The notes below the pieces were generated by a model. It worked only from the letters and a program-made list of their open reading frames with translations, made no database searches and had not been told where the DNA came from. This document shows, piece after piece, positions 1-8,818 of a stretch of DNA of 44,935 bases. The DNA is from Salegentibacter sp. (GTDB lineage: Bacteria > Bacteroidota > Bacteroidia > Flavobacteriales > Flavobacteriaceae): the NCBI GenBank assembly GCA_035468275.1, contig DATISX010000096.1:1-44935 (forward strand). Direction: 5' to 3'. Position 1 is the first letter of the stretch. Each line of letters begins with the position of its first letter. A program made the position numbers and the translations under genes.

Positions 1-58
1 TAGACAGGATTCCGAAAATTAAAATGAGAGTGGTTTTGGGTAATTGTGTACGTTCCAT
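1..58 (-). CDS. 5' fragment of a small membrane protein (CCC-motif/DUF4190-like), truncated by the window edge
   Basis: Manual translation from ATG at 58 gives MERTQLPKTTLILIFGILS..., open to the edge. It begins 9 nt downstream of the DUF2752 stop, a pairing common in Flavobacteria. Confidence 0.6.
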   Translation of the reverse strand, partial: MERTQLPKTTLILIFGILS

Positions 59-67
59 ATTAAAGTA

Positions 68-361
68 TTAATTGGTTAGTTGAATGAATTCATACATTTT
101 ATAGCCATAATTTACTGCCATAACGGTTCCGGCAAAAATGATCAGGCCTATTTTCACCTGGAAATCTTTCTTAAACTTGATAAATAGATTAAAAATCAAA
201 AAGGCCAATAACAGAAGGATTGGGTAGATCGCCGGGTACATGTAAAAAGCTTCTGAAAAATTACCCTGGAAAAATAGTATCAGCGCACGTTGACCCCCAC
301 AGCCAAAGCATTCCATGCCCAAAAGGCTTTTATTCATGCAAGGCAACATAAATTCTTCCAT
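68..361 (-). CDS. DUF2752 domain membrane protein
   Basis: LPCMNK..GMECFGCGGQRA cysteine motif followed by two hydrophobic helices. Confidence 0.85.
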   Translation of the reverse strand: MEEFMLPCMNKSLLGMECFGCGGQRALILFFQGNFSEAFYMYPAIYPILLLLAFLIFNLFIKFKKDFQVKIGLIIFAGTVMAVNYGYKMYEFIQLTN

Positions 362-364
362 CAG

Positions 365-2107
365 CTACTTTTTGAGAAGTAATTTCTTATTGGTGAATCG
401 GTTATCACGGGTTTTGACCTTAACAATATACACTGCTTCCCGGAAGTTTCCTGTATAAAAATAATCATATTGTTTGTTTTCGTATATCTTTTTGTTAAAA
501 ATCAATCCCCCGGTGAGATCAAACACCTGAATTTCTTCCAGCATTTCCCCGGCTATTATTTCAACTTTCCTTAACGCTTTATTATATATAATCCCTATAC
601 TTTCGGGCAGCTCCGAATCATATTCTTCTTCCTGCGGCAAATCTGGCTCTGTTGCAGTTTCCTTAGCAAAAGTCAGGTAAAATCTTTTTTCATAGTTTCC
701 CGCTTCCAGTCGGGTCTCAAAATCAGATTTGTAGAGATTATGGTAACTTTCTTCTTCAGTATCAACCAGGAATATAGCCTCTGGTGAAAAATTCTCCGGT
801 ATTTCAATGGAGATTCTTAAATCTGTGCTGGCTTCTGCCGAAATCATTAGTGGAATAAGATTTTCAGCTTCAAATGGCTGTACGTTTATTACAAATGGTT
901 CTTCATCTATCAGCCAGGCCGCATCAGTAGAAAGACTTCCAAAACTTTTGGCATCCATAGCATGGTCAATTCCTGTAGTTGCGTCATTTCTGAAGGCAAC
1001 CAGCAATTGTCGTACATATAAATCGTCGAATCTTAAATTGAGTCTTAAGTTTGGAATAACTTCCTGGGGGGTTCTGAATTCTGAGTTTCCGCTTTTTTCC
1101 CTTATAAAAATCCGCTGAGAATTCTTAAAACTAACCTGTCCGTTGGTTTTTCCCATTAGCATAAAGCCCTGCCCAACAGGGCTAAATTCTCTTCCGTATA
1201 TTTTTCCTGTCTCTCCTGTATTTCCGGTTGGTTCAGCAGATTCATCATAAAATTGAAAGACCGCCGGAACATAAGCGCTTGCTCCCGGAGAATAAGCACC
1301 ATACCCGCCCTGGTATTCCGCGAGGTAATGAGAATGACTATGGTTGGAATGATCCCAGAAATAAGCGATCCCGGTGGAAGCAGTATTTTGAACCAGAAAG
1401 GCTTTCAGGTCGAAAGCCGAAGGATAAGGATTCCCCAACAGTAGCACCTGGTCCTTCTCAATGTAAAGACTAATATCCCCGTCATTTGGCATACCTCTGA
1501 AATCATAACGCTGCCGGCTCCCGGGATTGTTGGGAGCGCCCTCCACACTAATCGGGTTGTTCCCATTTACGCCTTTCATTGTAAACCCCAAGCCCGGGTC
1601 TAAGGAAAAATTATCACCTATATATTCCCAATCGGCATATTGCCCTCCTTCAAATTTATAGAGCCATCTTTTAGAGATGCTCAGCGGATTTGCTTTTCCA
1701 TTCAATGCTGAAGTCAGTTTCACCGGTTGGCTTTCGGTTTTATCTATGGGTTCAAAAATAATTCCGGCGACGGTTTTTCCACCTGTAGAGTTATCTCTAA
1801 CCGGAAGCCCCCAGTAATTATAATTATAAGCATTTGCCCATCCTTCCTGAAATATGGAGATTATTCCATTACCTGAATTTAAACTGCTGCTTTTATCGCC
1901 CTGGATAAGCTGGGCTTCTTTTCTAAGGTATATGCTGGCTTCGGTAACAGGATTTGGATTTTTCTCCAGATGGATGTCTTTATCTACAAATAAGGCCATA
2001 TCTTTTACATACAAAAAGCTGCTTCCTGCGCCGGACGGTGAAACACTTAGCTGCGCTGAAAGTGGATGAAAACAGAAAAACAGGTATAGGAGGTAGAAAA
2101 GCCTCAT
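365..2107 (-). CDS. Secreted protein with T9SS type A C-terminal sorting domain
   Basis: N-terminal signal peptide (..PLSAQ), LLGNPYPS motif typical of flavobacterial T9SS cargo, and C-terminal IQVFDLTG...YIVKV...KKLLLKK. Confidence 0.85.
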   Translation of the reverse strand: MRLFYLLYLFFCFHPLSAQLSVSPSGAGSSFLYVKDMALFVDKDIHLEKNPNPVTEASIYLRKEAQLIQGDKSSSLNSGNGIISIFQEGWANAYNYNYWGLPVRDNSTGGKTVAGIIFEPIDKTESQPVKLTSALNGKANPLSISKRWLYKFEGGQYADWEYIGDNFSLDPGLGFTMKGVNGNNPISVEGAPNNPGSRQRYDFRGMPNDGDISLYIEKDQVLLLGNPYPSAFDLKAFLVQNTASTGIAYFWDHSNHSHSHYLAEYQGGYGAYSPGASAYVPAVFQFYDESAEPTGNTGETGKIYGREFSPVGQGFMLMGKTNGQVSFKNSQRIFIREKSGNSEFRTPQEVIPNLRLNLRFDDLYVRQLLVAFRNDATTGIDHAMDAKSFGSLSTDAAWLIDEEPFVINVQPFEAENLIPLMISAEASTDLRISIEIPENFSPEAIFLVDTEEESYHNLYKSDFETRLEAGNYEKRFYLTFAKETATEPDLPQEEEYDSELPESIGIIYNKALRKVEIIAGEMLEEIQVFDLTGGLIFNKKIYENKQYDYFYTGNFREAVYIVKVKTRDNRFTNKKLLLKK

Positions 2108-2115
2108 AATTGCTT

Positions 2116-2123
2116 TAACTTTG
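2116..2123 (+). promoter_or_regulatory. Bacteroidota sigma-A -7 box (TAACTTTG) for the 2192/2395 genes
   Basis: Exact TAnnTTTG match in the divergent intergenic region. Confidence 0.5.
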
Positions 2124-2191
2124 TAAGCCTACAAGTTCCCTTTTATTAATTGAATATAGAATAAGGGGTTTCTGGTAAAATTGAATTAAAA

Positions 2192-2395
2192 ATGAAAACT
2201 ACACAGTTAATAAATACCATTCTTATTGTAATAGGGGGAGCGCTTTTGCTTTATGCGATTGCCGTCGAGAATGCAAATCAGTATATAAAAATAACAGGCC
2301 TTGTTATAATCATGTTCGGCCTTTTTAGGGCGACCAATTTCTGGGTTGCAACTAAGGATGACCATAAGGAGGAAAAAGAAAAAGATCAACACTAA
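2192..2395 (+). CDS. Small two-TM hypothetical protein
   Basis: 67 aa, two hydrophobic segments and a charged tail. Its stop overlaps the next start (TAATG). Confidence 0.75.
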   Translation: MKTTQLINTILIVIGGALLLYAIAVENANQYIKITGLVIIMFGLFRATNFWVATKDDHKEEKEKDQH

Positions 2396-2940
2396 TGGAA
2401 TTTAAACCAGGAGATAAAGTTGCCGCCCTTGATGATGTTCTCGAAGGAGTAGTGGTAAAGGCTGATAAAACATCAGTAACCATTGAGACTCCCGATGGCT
2501 TTGAGATGGAGTTCTCTCCTTCGGAATTGGTGAAGATCGAAACTCCTTTTGAAGAGCTTCCGGTAGATGTAGACCTGGACCGGGTACTGGAGGAAAAGCG
2601 AATTCCGAAGAAACCCATGTCCAGACGTATTAAACCTAAGGAAAGGAATGCTCCACCTATGGAGGTAGACCTGCATATTGAAAAACTGGTCAATAATTAT
2701 CGTGGGATGAGCAATTTCGATATTCTCAACCTGCAGATGGAAACCGCTAAAAGACAGCTGGATTTTGCTATGCGAAAACGTATTCAGAAAATAGTTTTTA
2801 TCCACGGAGTAGGAGAAGGTGTTCTAAAAGCCGAATTGGATTATTTACTTGGCAATTATGATAATCTTAAATTTTACGACGCCGATTTTCAGAAATACGG
2901 ACAGGGTGCCACTGAAGTTTATTTCTTTCAGAATAATTAG
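2395..2940 (+). CDS. Smr/MutS2-C domain protein with N-terminal KOW/SH3-like domain
   Basis: N-terminal FKPGDKV...GVV beta-domain, Smr motifs VDLH and IHGVGEG, and the C-terminal GATEV. Confidence 0.85.
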   Translation: MEFKPGDKVAALDDVLEGVVVKADKTSVTIETPDGFEMEFSPSELVKIETPFEELPVDVDLDRVLEEKRIPKKPMSRRIKPKERNAPPMEVDLHIEKLVNNYRGMSNFDILNLQMETAKRQLDFAMRKRIQKIVFIHGVGEGVLKAELDYLLGNYDNLKFYDADFQKYGQGATEVYFFQNN

Positions 2941-2949
2941 ATAGAAGAA

Positions 2950-3930
2950 CTACTGTTCCTCGGGAATTTCTTCCTCTTCGGTTTCTTCCTCGCTCACCCC
3001 GGTAACCGTATAGTACCCGAGACTGTATTCATCAAACCTTATTTCTTCTCCGCTTCCATCTTGTCTCACAAAATTGAAATTTCTTATCACCACGTCAGAG
3101 CGATAGTTGCGGCTTATCCTGTGGTCTATAACTTCATTATGCTCGTTATAAGGTTCAGTTAATTCAGGGTTAAGATAGTTTGGTTTGTCGGCAAGTTGCA
3201 AGCTTTGCGGATTAAGCAGGTCGTCGCTGCTCACTTCGTATTTGGTTAAGGCTCCGTCCCCGTCATCATCGGGATCCAGATAATTTGGAACTCCGTCTTC
3301 ATCGGTATCTAAGTAGCCTTCAGCTGTAGGATCGCCGTCACCGGTTCTTATCTCCGTGCTTGTGCGCACATTGTCCCCGTCGTCATCAATATCCAGATAA
3401 TTCGGGATTCCGTCACCGTCTGTATCTAAATGGGTATCGCTGTCTGGATTCTGCGCCTCATCCGGGTCCATTCCCTCATCTATATTTGTAATCCCGTCTC
3501 TGTCGGCATCATCCTGTGGCCCAATATCATTAAAACGCGTACCTATGACCACTGTTCCTTCTGTAGTCACGTATTCATCCACAACCCTTGGATCTTTAGA
3601 AGGCACCGCCTTACAGAAATAATCACTTGGAATCTCCCCGTCGTATAACCTGTAGACCATTTTATTGTCTCCGGTTAATTCTATCTCTATTGGTTGGTTG
3701 GTATTTCGGCTTAAAAGCAATTCCTCTTCATCCAGCTGACCGGAACTGAGTTGTAACGACATAGTTTCGTTCACACCCTCATTATTGATCACATACAGCA
3801 CCTTCTGGTCACCAAAAGTACACAGGTTGAGGTCACTGTTTTCCAGATCGAAAGAAGTGACTATTATGTCACCGCTGTCACAGGAATTCAATCCTATGAA
3901 AATGATGACAATTGAAAAAAACTTTTTCAT
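2950..3930 (-). CDS. Acidic lipoprotein with thrombospondin type-3-like Ca-binding repeats
   Basis: Start reassigned to MKKFFSIV (3930). Lipobox GLNS-C followed by DSGD. Repeats DTDGDGIPNYLDIDDDGD and DTDEDGVPNYLDPDDDGDG. Confidence 0.8.
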   Translation of the reverse strand: MKKFFSIVIIFIGLNSCDSGDIIVTSFDLENSDLNLCTFGDQKVLYVINNEGVNETMSLQLSSGQLDEEELLLSRNTNQPIEIELTGDNKMVYRLYDGEIPSDYFCKAVPSKDPRVVDEYVTTEGTVVIGTRFNDIGPQDDADRDGITNIDEGMDPDEAQNPDSDTHLDTDGDGIPNYLDIDDDGDNVRTSTEIRTGDGDPTAEGYLDTDEDGVPNYLDPDDDGDGALTKYEVSSDDLLNPQSLQLADKPNYLNPELTEPYNEHNEVIDHRISRNYRSDVVIRNFNFVRQDGSGEEIRFDEYSLGYYTVTGVSEEETEEEEIPEEQ

Positions 3931-3945
3931 GCGTGTGCTTTTCAA

Positions 3946-3953
3946 CAAAAATA
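3946..3953 (-). promoter_or_regulatory. -7 promoter box (TATTTTTG) for the lipoprotein gene
   Basis: Exact TAnnTTTG on the minus strand, 15 nt upstream of ATG 3930. Confidence 0.55.
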
Positions 3954-4006
3954 GCTGAAATAAGGATTTTTAACCCCTTCATCCTTAAAAATATTTTTAT
4001 TTCGTT

Positions 4007-4014
4007 TAATTTTG
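4007..4014 (+). promoter_or_regulatory. -7 promoter box (TAATTTTG) for the cysteine desulfurase
   Basis: Exact TAnnTTTG, 6 nt upstream of ATG 4021. Confidence 0.6.
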
Positions 4015-4020
4015 CGGCCA

Positions 4021-5169
4021 ATGAAAAACGTATACCTAGACTCTGCCGCAACCACGCAAATGCGTGAAGAAGTGATCACCCGAATGACCGACGTAATGAA
4101 AGAGGTTTACGGAAATCCTTCCTCTACCCATAGCTTCGGAAGATCTGCCAAATCCCTTGTGGAACAGGCCAGAAAGACCGTTGCAAAATATCTGAATGTT
4201 AAACCTGCCGAGATCGTTTTTACCTCCGGTGGTACCGAAGCCGATAACCTGGCGTTGAATTCTGCCGTACGCGATCTGGGAGTGGAACGCATCATCACCA
4301 CTAAAATAGAGCATCACGCTGTACTTTACACCATCGATCAGCTTAAGGAATGTTATGATATCGAGGTAAATTATCTGGATTTAGATTCCTGCGGAAATGC
4401 TAATCTCGACCAGCTGGAGGAACTGCTGAAAAATTCTGAAAAGAAATCCCTGGTTAGCCTAATGCATATTAACAATGAGGTAGGGAATCGCCTTGATATT
4501 AAAAGAGCAGGGGAGATCGCTCACGCTCATAATGCGCTTTTCCATTCTGATACCGTGCAATCGGTAGGGCATTATGATCTCGATTTCAGTGAGATTCCGG
4601 TTGATTTTACTGCGGTAAGCGCTCATAAATTCCACGGGCCCAAAGGAGTGGGATTTGCATTCGTAAGAAAGAATACGGGCTTGAAACCACTCATTTTTGG
4701 AGGCGAACAGGAACGCGGTCACCGCGCCGGGACTGAAGGCGTACATAATATTGTAGGTCTTGAAGAAGCATTGAAACTCTCCCTTGAAAATCTGGAAGAG
4801 GAAAAAGCTTATGTTTCGGAACTTAAACAATATTTTATTGATAAGATTAAGAAGGAGATTCCGGAAGCCAAATTCAATGGGAGCTGCGAAGATTCGAAAG
4901 CTAGTACCTATACTTTAGTAAACGTTTGTTTGCCGGTGCCTCCACAAAAAGCCCTGATGCTGCTTTTTCAGCTTGACCTCAAAGGAATAGCCTGTTCCAA
5001 AGGAAGTGCCTGCCAGAGTGGAAGCGACAAAGGCTCCCATGTGCTTAATGCTTTTCTTTCGGAAGATGACCTTAAAAAACCTTCGATTAGATTTTCTTTT
5101 TCTCATTACAACACTAAAGAAGAACTGGATTATGTTGTAAACACCCTGAAGGAGTTTATAGAATCCTGA
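4021..5169 (+). CDS. iscS: Cysteine desulfurase (IscS/NifS group I)
   Basis: YLDSAATT, GNPSS, FTSGGTEADN, SAHKFHGPKG (PLP Lys) and SKGSAC (catalytic Cys). Start taken at ATG 4021. Confidence 0.9.
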   Translation: MKNVYLDSAATTQMREEVITRMTDVMKEVYGNPSSTHSFGRSAKSLVEQARKTVAKYLNVKPAEIVFTSGGTEADNLALNSAVRDLGVERIITTKIEHHAVLYTIDQLKECYDIEVNYLDLDSCGNANLDQLEELLKNSEKKSLVSLMHINNEVGNRLDIKRAGEIAHAHNALFHSDTVQSVGHYDLDFSEIPVDFTAVSAHKFHGPKGVGFAFVRKNTGLKPLIFGGEQERGHRAGTEGVHNIVGLEEALKLSLENLEEEKAYVSELKQYFIDKIKKEIPEAKFNGSCEDSKASTYTLVNVCLPVPPQKALMLLFQLDLKGIACSKGSACQSGSDKGSHVLNAFLSEDDLKKPSIRFSFSHYNTKEELDYVVNTLKEFIES

Positions 5170-5239
5170 ATTTGATTTTAATCTTTTAACTAAGAAAAAT
5201 TTAATTTCCGGAAAGATTAATTTTCATAATCAGATTAGA

Positions 5240-5773
5240 TTAATCTTTAGTAGATTTTTCTATTGTTAATGCGGAGTCATTATTATTTTCCTCTTCCTTT
5301 TTATCACTAATGATATTTCGTATACTTTGATAAATCATGGTTATTACTGCTATGAAGCCACCTGCCAAAATAGATGCCACGGTAATAATGATGTAATAGA
5401 TCTTAAAATAGTCTGAATAAGAAAAAATTTTTGTGCTGGTAAATGGAATATTAAGTATCAGGAGAACGATTGTAGAACTTATTATCAAAAGGGTAGCAAG
5501 TCGTGCGATATTCAAAAGGTCGTTATAATATTTAAGTCTTAAATGATTTACTTTTAATGCTTTTATGCTTAAAAGATGAAGTAGCATCACCAAAATGTAG
5601 ATTGAACCAACAATAATGATATAGCAAAGAGTGATTATTCCCGAGGAAGAAGTAGCAAGCAATTCCCAAGCCCGAATTCCAGAAATTTCACCAAAGGTAT
5701 AGGTGGTAAAACCCATAGCGAGCGCAAAAATTATCCCTCCTAATACAGGTCTTCTATAACTAATATGTATCAT
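5240..5773 (-). CDS. Hypothetical four-TM membrane protein, AT-rich
   Basis: 177-aa ORF with four hydrophobic segments filling the gap between iscS and pccB. Visibly more AT-rich than its neighbours. Confidence 0.65.
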   Translation of the reverse strand: MIHISYRRPVLGGIIFALAMGFTTYTFGEISGIRAWELLATSSSGIITLCYIIIVGSIYILVMLLHLLSIKALKVNHLRLKYYNDLLNIARLATLLIISSTIVLLILNIPFTSTKIFSYSDYFKIYYIIITVASILAGGFIAVITMIYQSIRNIISDKKEEENNNDSALTIEKSTKD

Positions 5774-6072
5774 AATCCCGGTATCAGAAAAATTAATGAC
5801 TCTTATCTAATGTACTAATTTTAGATTCTTAAATATCCAATTGACTGTTAAAACCTGTTGGGTAAACTAATTGAAATCAGTTGTTTAAATGTTTTTTTTG
5901 AAACCACATATTTTTTGCATCGAGGTGGTTCCTTATAATAAAAATAAATCCTGCGTGGGCGGAAATTTTTAGGATTCACACATTAGCTTGTGCTTGCTTT
6001 TTTAAATAATTTAATTTACATAATATTGAATATCCAAATCCAAGCGGATAACCAATCCAATATTTGAAAAGT

Positions 6073-7614
6073 ATGAGCCAGAATATAGAAAAGCTTAACG
6101 ATAAAATTGAGAAAGCCCACCTGGGCGGCGGTAAAAAACGCATAGAAAGTCAACATTCCAAAAAGAAACTTACAGCCCGCGAACGTATAGATTACCTTCT
6201 CGATGAATCTTCTTTTGAAGAAATCGGGATTTTGGTTACTCACCGTACCACCGATTTCGGTATGGCAAAGCAAAAATTCTACGGGGATGGTGTAGTTACC
6301 GGCTACGGAACCATAAACGGCCGCCTGGTATATGTTTTTGCCCAGGATTTCACCGTCTTTGGAGGTTCCCTTTCGGAGACCCACGCCGAAAAGATCTGCA
6401 AGATCATGGACCTCGCAATGAAAGTTGGTGCGCCTTTGATAGGACTTAACGATTCAGGGGGAGCACGCATCCAGGAAGGGGTGAAGTCTCTTGGAGGTTA
6501 TGCCGATATTTTCCATCGCAACGTAAAAGCTTCCGGAGTAATTCCGCAAATATCCGCTATTATGGGACCTTGTGCCGGGGGAGCCGTTTATTCGCCGGCG
6601 ATGACCGATTTTACGCTTATGGTGCAGGATACCAGCTATATGTTTGTAACCGGACCTAACGTGGTGAAGACCGTTACCAATGAAGAAGTGACTTCCGAAG
6701 AACTTGGAGGTGCAAGTACCCACGCGACCAAATCGGGGGTGACCCATCGCACCGCGGTGAACGATATTGGTTGCCTGGAAGATATCAAGAAGCTTATCAG
6801 CTATATGCCGCAAAGCAATAAGCAAAGCCCGGAAAAGCTTCCTTTTACGCCCGGGGATGAATTCAGGGATCAACTGGAAAGCATCGTACCCGATAGTTCC
6901 AGCAAACCTTATGATATGCACGAGGTGATAAATGGGATAATCGATGAGGAAAGCTTTTTTGAGATCCATAAAGATTATGCCGAAAATATTATAGTAGGTT
7001 TCGCCAGACTTGGTGGACGTAGCATTGGGATAGTCGCCAATCAGCCTATGAGCCTGGCCGGGGTGCTGGATGTTGATTCTTCCAAAAAAGCGGCCCGTTT
7101 TACCCGTTTCTGTGATTGTTTTAATATTCCTTTACTGGTGCTGGTGGATGTACCGGGATTTTTGCCGGGAACCGACCAGGAGTGGAACGGAATTATTCTT
7201 AACGGTGCCAAATTACTCTACGCCCTTAGTGAAGCCACTGTGCCTAAGGTGACCCTAATTACCCGTAAGGCTTACGGTGGAGCCTATGATGTGATGAACT
7301 CCAAGCACATTGGAGCTGATCTGAATTTCGCATGGCCAACAGCCGAGATTGCGGTAATGGGAGCAAAAGGAGCCAGTGAGATCATCTTCCGGAAGGAAAT
7401 TCAGGAAGCCGAAGATCCGGCGGCTAAACTCGCGGAAAAAGAAGCCGCTTATGCCGAAAAATTCGCCAATCCCTTTGAAGCTGCCCAACGCGGATTTATC
7501 GACGAAGTGATTATGCCACGGGAAACCCGTAGAAAACTTCTGAAAGGTTTCAGTATGCTGGAAAATAAGCAAGTGCTTAGACCAGATAGAAAACATGGGA
7601 ATATCCCGCTCTAA
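6073..7614 (+). CDS. pccB: Acyl-CoA (propionyl-CoA) carboxylase beta/carboxyltransferase subunit
   Basis: [53 protein letters not shown] and the C-terminal KHGNIPL. Confidence 0.9.
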   Translation: MSQNIEKLNDKIEKAHLGGGKKRIESQHSKKKLTARERIDYLLDESSFEEIGILVTHRTTDFGMAKQKFYGDGVVTGYGTINGRLVYVFAQDFTVFGGSLSETHAEKICKIMDLAMKVGAPLIGLNDSGGARIQEGVKSLGGYADIFHRNVKASGVIPQISAIMGPCAGGAVYSPAMTDFTLMVQDTSYMFVTGPNVVKTVTNEEVTSEELGGASTHATKSGVTHRTAVNDIGCLEDIKKLISYMPQSNKQSPEKLPFTPGDEFRDQLESIVPDSSSKPYDMHEVINGIIDEESFFEIHKDYAENIIVGFARLGGRSIGIVANQPMSLAGVLDVDSSKKAARFTRFCDCFNIPLLVLVDVPGFLPGTDQEWNGIILNGAKLLYALSEATVPKVTLITRKAYGGAYDVMNSKHIGADLNFAWPTAEIAVMGAKGASEIIFRKEIQEAEDPAAKLAEKEAAYAEKFANPFEAAQRGFIDEVIMPRETRRKLLKGFSMLENKQVLRPDRKHGNIPL

Positions 7615-7646
7615 ATTGAATTGCAAATACAAAACTAACTCAATTT

Positions 7647-7790
7647 ATGACTAAAACCTACCAAGACACTAAACTGAAATTTGAAAGGAAAGACCTGGAA
7701 TTTGAATTTGCAAGCCAGCGAAAGCTCAGGGAAGACGAATTGCTGCTTAATCACCTCTTTGATGAAACCGAGCTTCCCGACTGGGATTAA
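7647..7790 (+). CDS. Unannotated 47-aa small protein
   Basis: Manual translation gives MTKTYQDTKLKFERKDLEFEFASQRKLREDELLLNHLFDETELPDWD. A-rich 5' context. Fills the gap 32 nt after pccB and 11 nt before the next gene. Confidence 0.55.
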   Translation: MTKTYQDTKLKFERKDLEFEFASQRKLREDELLLNHLFDETELPDWD

Positions 7791-7801
7791 GCTTAAAACA
7801 G

Positions 7802-8701
7802 ATGAGATTTAATAAAGTAGTTTGTGTAGATAATACTAAACTTACTGATCAGGCTATTGAAAAATTGGAGCAATTCAGCGAAGAAGGCGTAGATAATTAT
7901 AAAGATTACCCCAAATCGGAAGTTGAAATTATAAAGCGTATTGGCGATGCAGAAGCTGTGATAGTTTCCTGGAAAACCCAGCTCACAGAATCCATCATTG
8001 AGCAATGCCCAAACCTGAAGTATATTGGGATGGCCTATAGCCTTTACGATGACGAGTCGGCGAACGTGGCGGTGAACTTTGCCAGGGATCGTAGGATTAT
8101 CGTAAAAGGTATTTTTGATTATGGCGATCCCGGAGTAGTGGAGTTCATTATATCAGAATTAATAAGGCTGCTGCACGGGTTTGGAGATCAGCAATGGCGA
8201 AAAATGCCTGTGGAACTTACCAATCGCAAGATCGGGATTATCGGGCTTGGAACTACCGGGCAAATGCTTGCGGAATGCCTGCTGCCTTTTGGAGCCGATC
8301 TTTATTACTTCAGCAGGACCCGGAAAAAAGGATGGGAGGAAAGAGGGGTTAAATATCTTCCCCTGGATGAACTCCTGAAGCAAACAGAGATTGTTTCTCT
8401 TCACCTTCCGAAGAACACTAAATTGCTTAAAAGAAGTGAATTTGAAACCTTCGGAAAGGGAAAGATATTGATAAGCACCTCCCTGGGGCTTCCTTTTGAG
8501 GAAAAAGCATTTCAGGAATGGCTTACAAAACAAGAGAATTTTGGAATCTTTGATGGGGATGCTTCCGCAGGACTTTCAGAAAAAAGCCTTGCAACAGAAA
8601 ACCTTATTTCTTACCTTAAAAGTGCCGGATGGACTGAAGAAACCCGCCGGAGACTTTCAGAAAAAGTCCTGAAGAATTTAAAGGATTTCGTTGAAAGTTA
8701 A
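7802..8701 (+). CDS. D-2-hydroxyacid dehydrogenase-like NAD(P)-binding protein (atypical active site)
   Basis: EL..RKIGIIGLGTTG Rossmann motif, SLHLP and overall family architecture. Confidence 0.8.
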   Translation: MRFNKVVCVDNTKLTDQAIEKLEQFSEEGVDNYKDYPKSEVEIIKRIGDAEAVIVSWKTQLTESIIEQCPNLKYIGMAYSLYDDESANVAVNFARDRRIIVKGIFDYGDPGVVEFIISELIRLLHGFGDQQWRKMPVELTNRKIGIIGLGTTGQMLAECLLPFGADLYYFSRTRKKGWEERGVKYLPLDELLKQTEIVSLHLPKNTKLLKRSEFETFGKGKILISTSLGLPFEEKAFQEWLTKQENFGIFDGDASAGLSEKSLATENLISYLKSAGWTEETRRRLSEKVLKNLKDFVES

Positions 8702-8752
8702 GTAATTAGGTTTCACTAAAACCGGTTAAGGGGGTGTTATTTAGTTTTTCAT

Positions 8753-8766
8753 GTAACCTTTGTTAC
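8753..8766. promoter_or_regulatory. Palindromic operator GTAAC-N4-GTTAC (Crp/Fnr-family-like) upstream of the YeeE/YedE pair
   Basis: Perfect 5+5 inverted repeat flanked by TTTTCA/TGAAAA, about 52 nt upstream of ATG 8819. Confidence 0.5.
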
Positions 8767-8818
8767 TGAAAACTTTCTTAAATTAGGCTTAATTTGCAAG
8801 CAATTTAAAAAACACAGT

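Noticed and set aside
807-2069. Plus-strand ORFs (807-1118, 1228-1473, 1253-1444, 1854-2069) inside the T9SS cargo gene
   Set aside because: Antisense shadows of a well-supported gene, with no motifs. The same applies to the many other short antisense or off-frame ORFs inside larger genes in the track.
5196-5224. Imperfect AT-rich palindrome centred on TTCCGGAA after iscS
   Set aside because: Weak, AT-only arms; cannot be distinguished from chance or a poor terminator.
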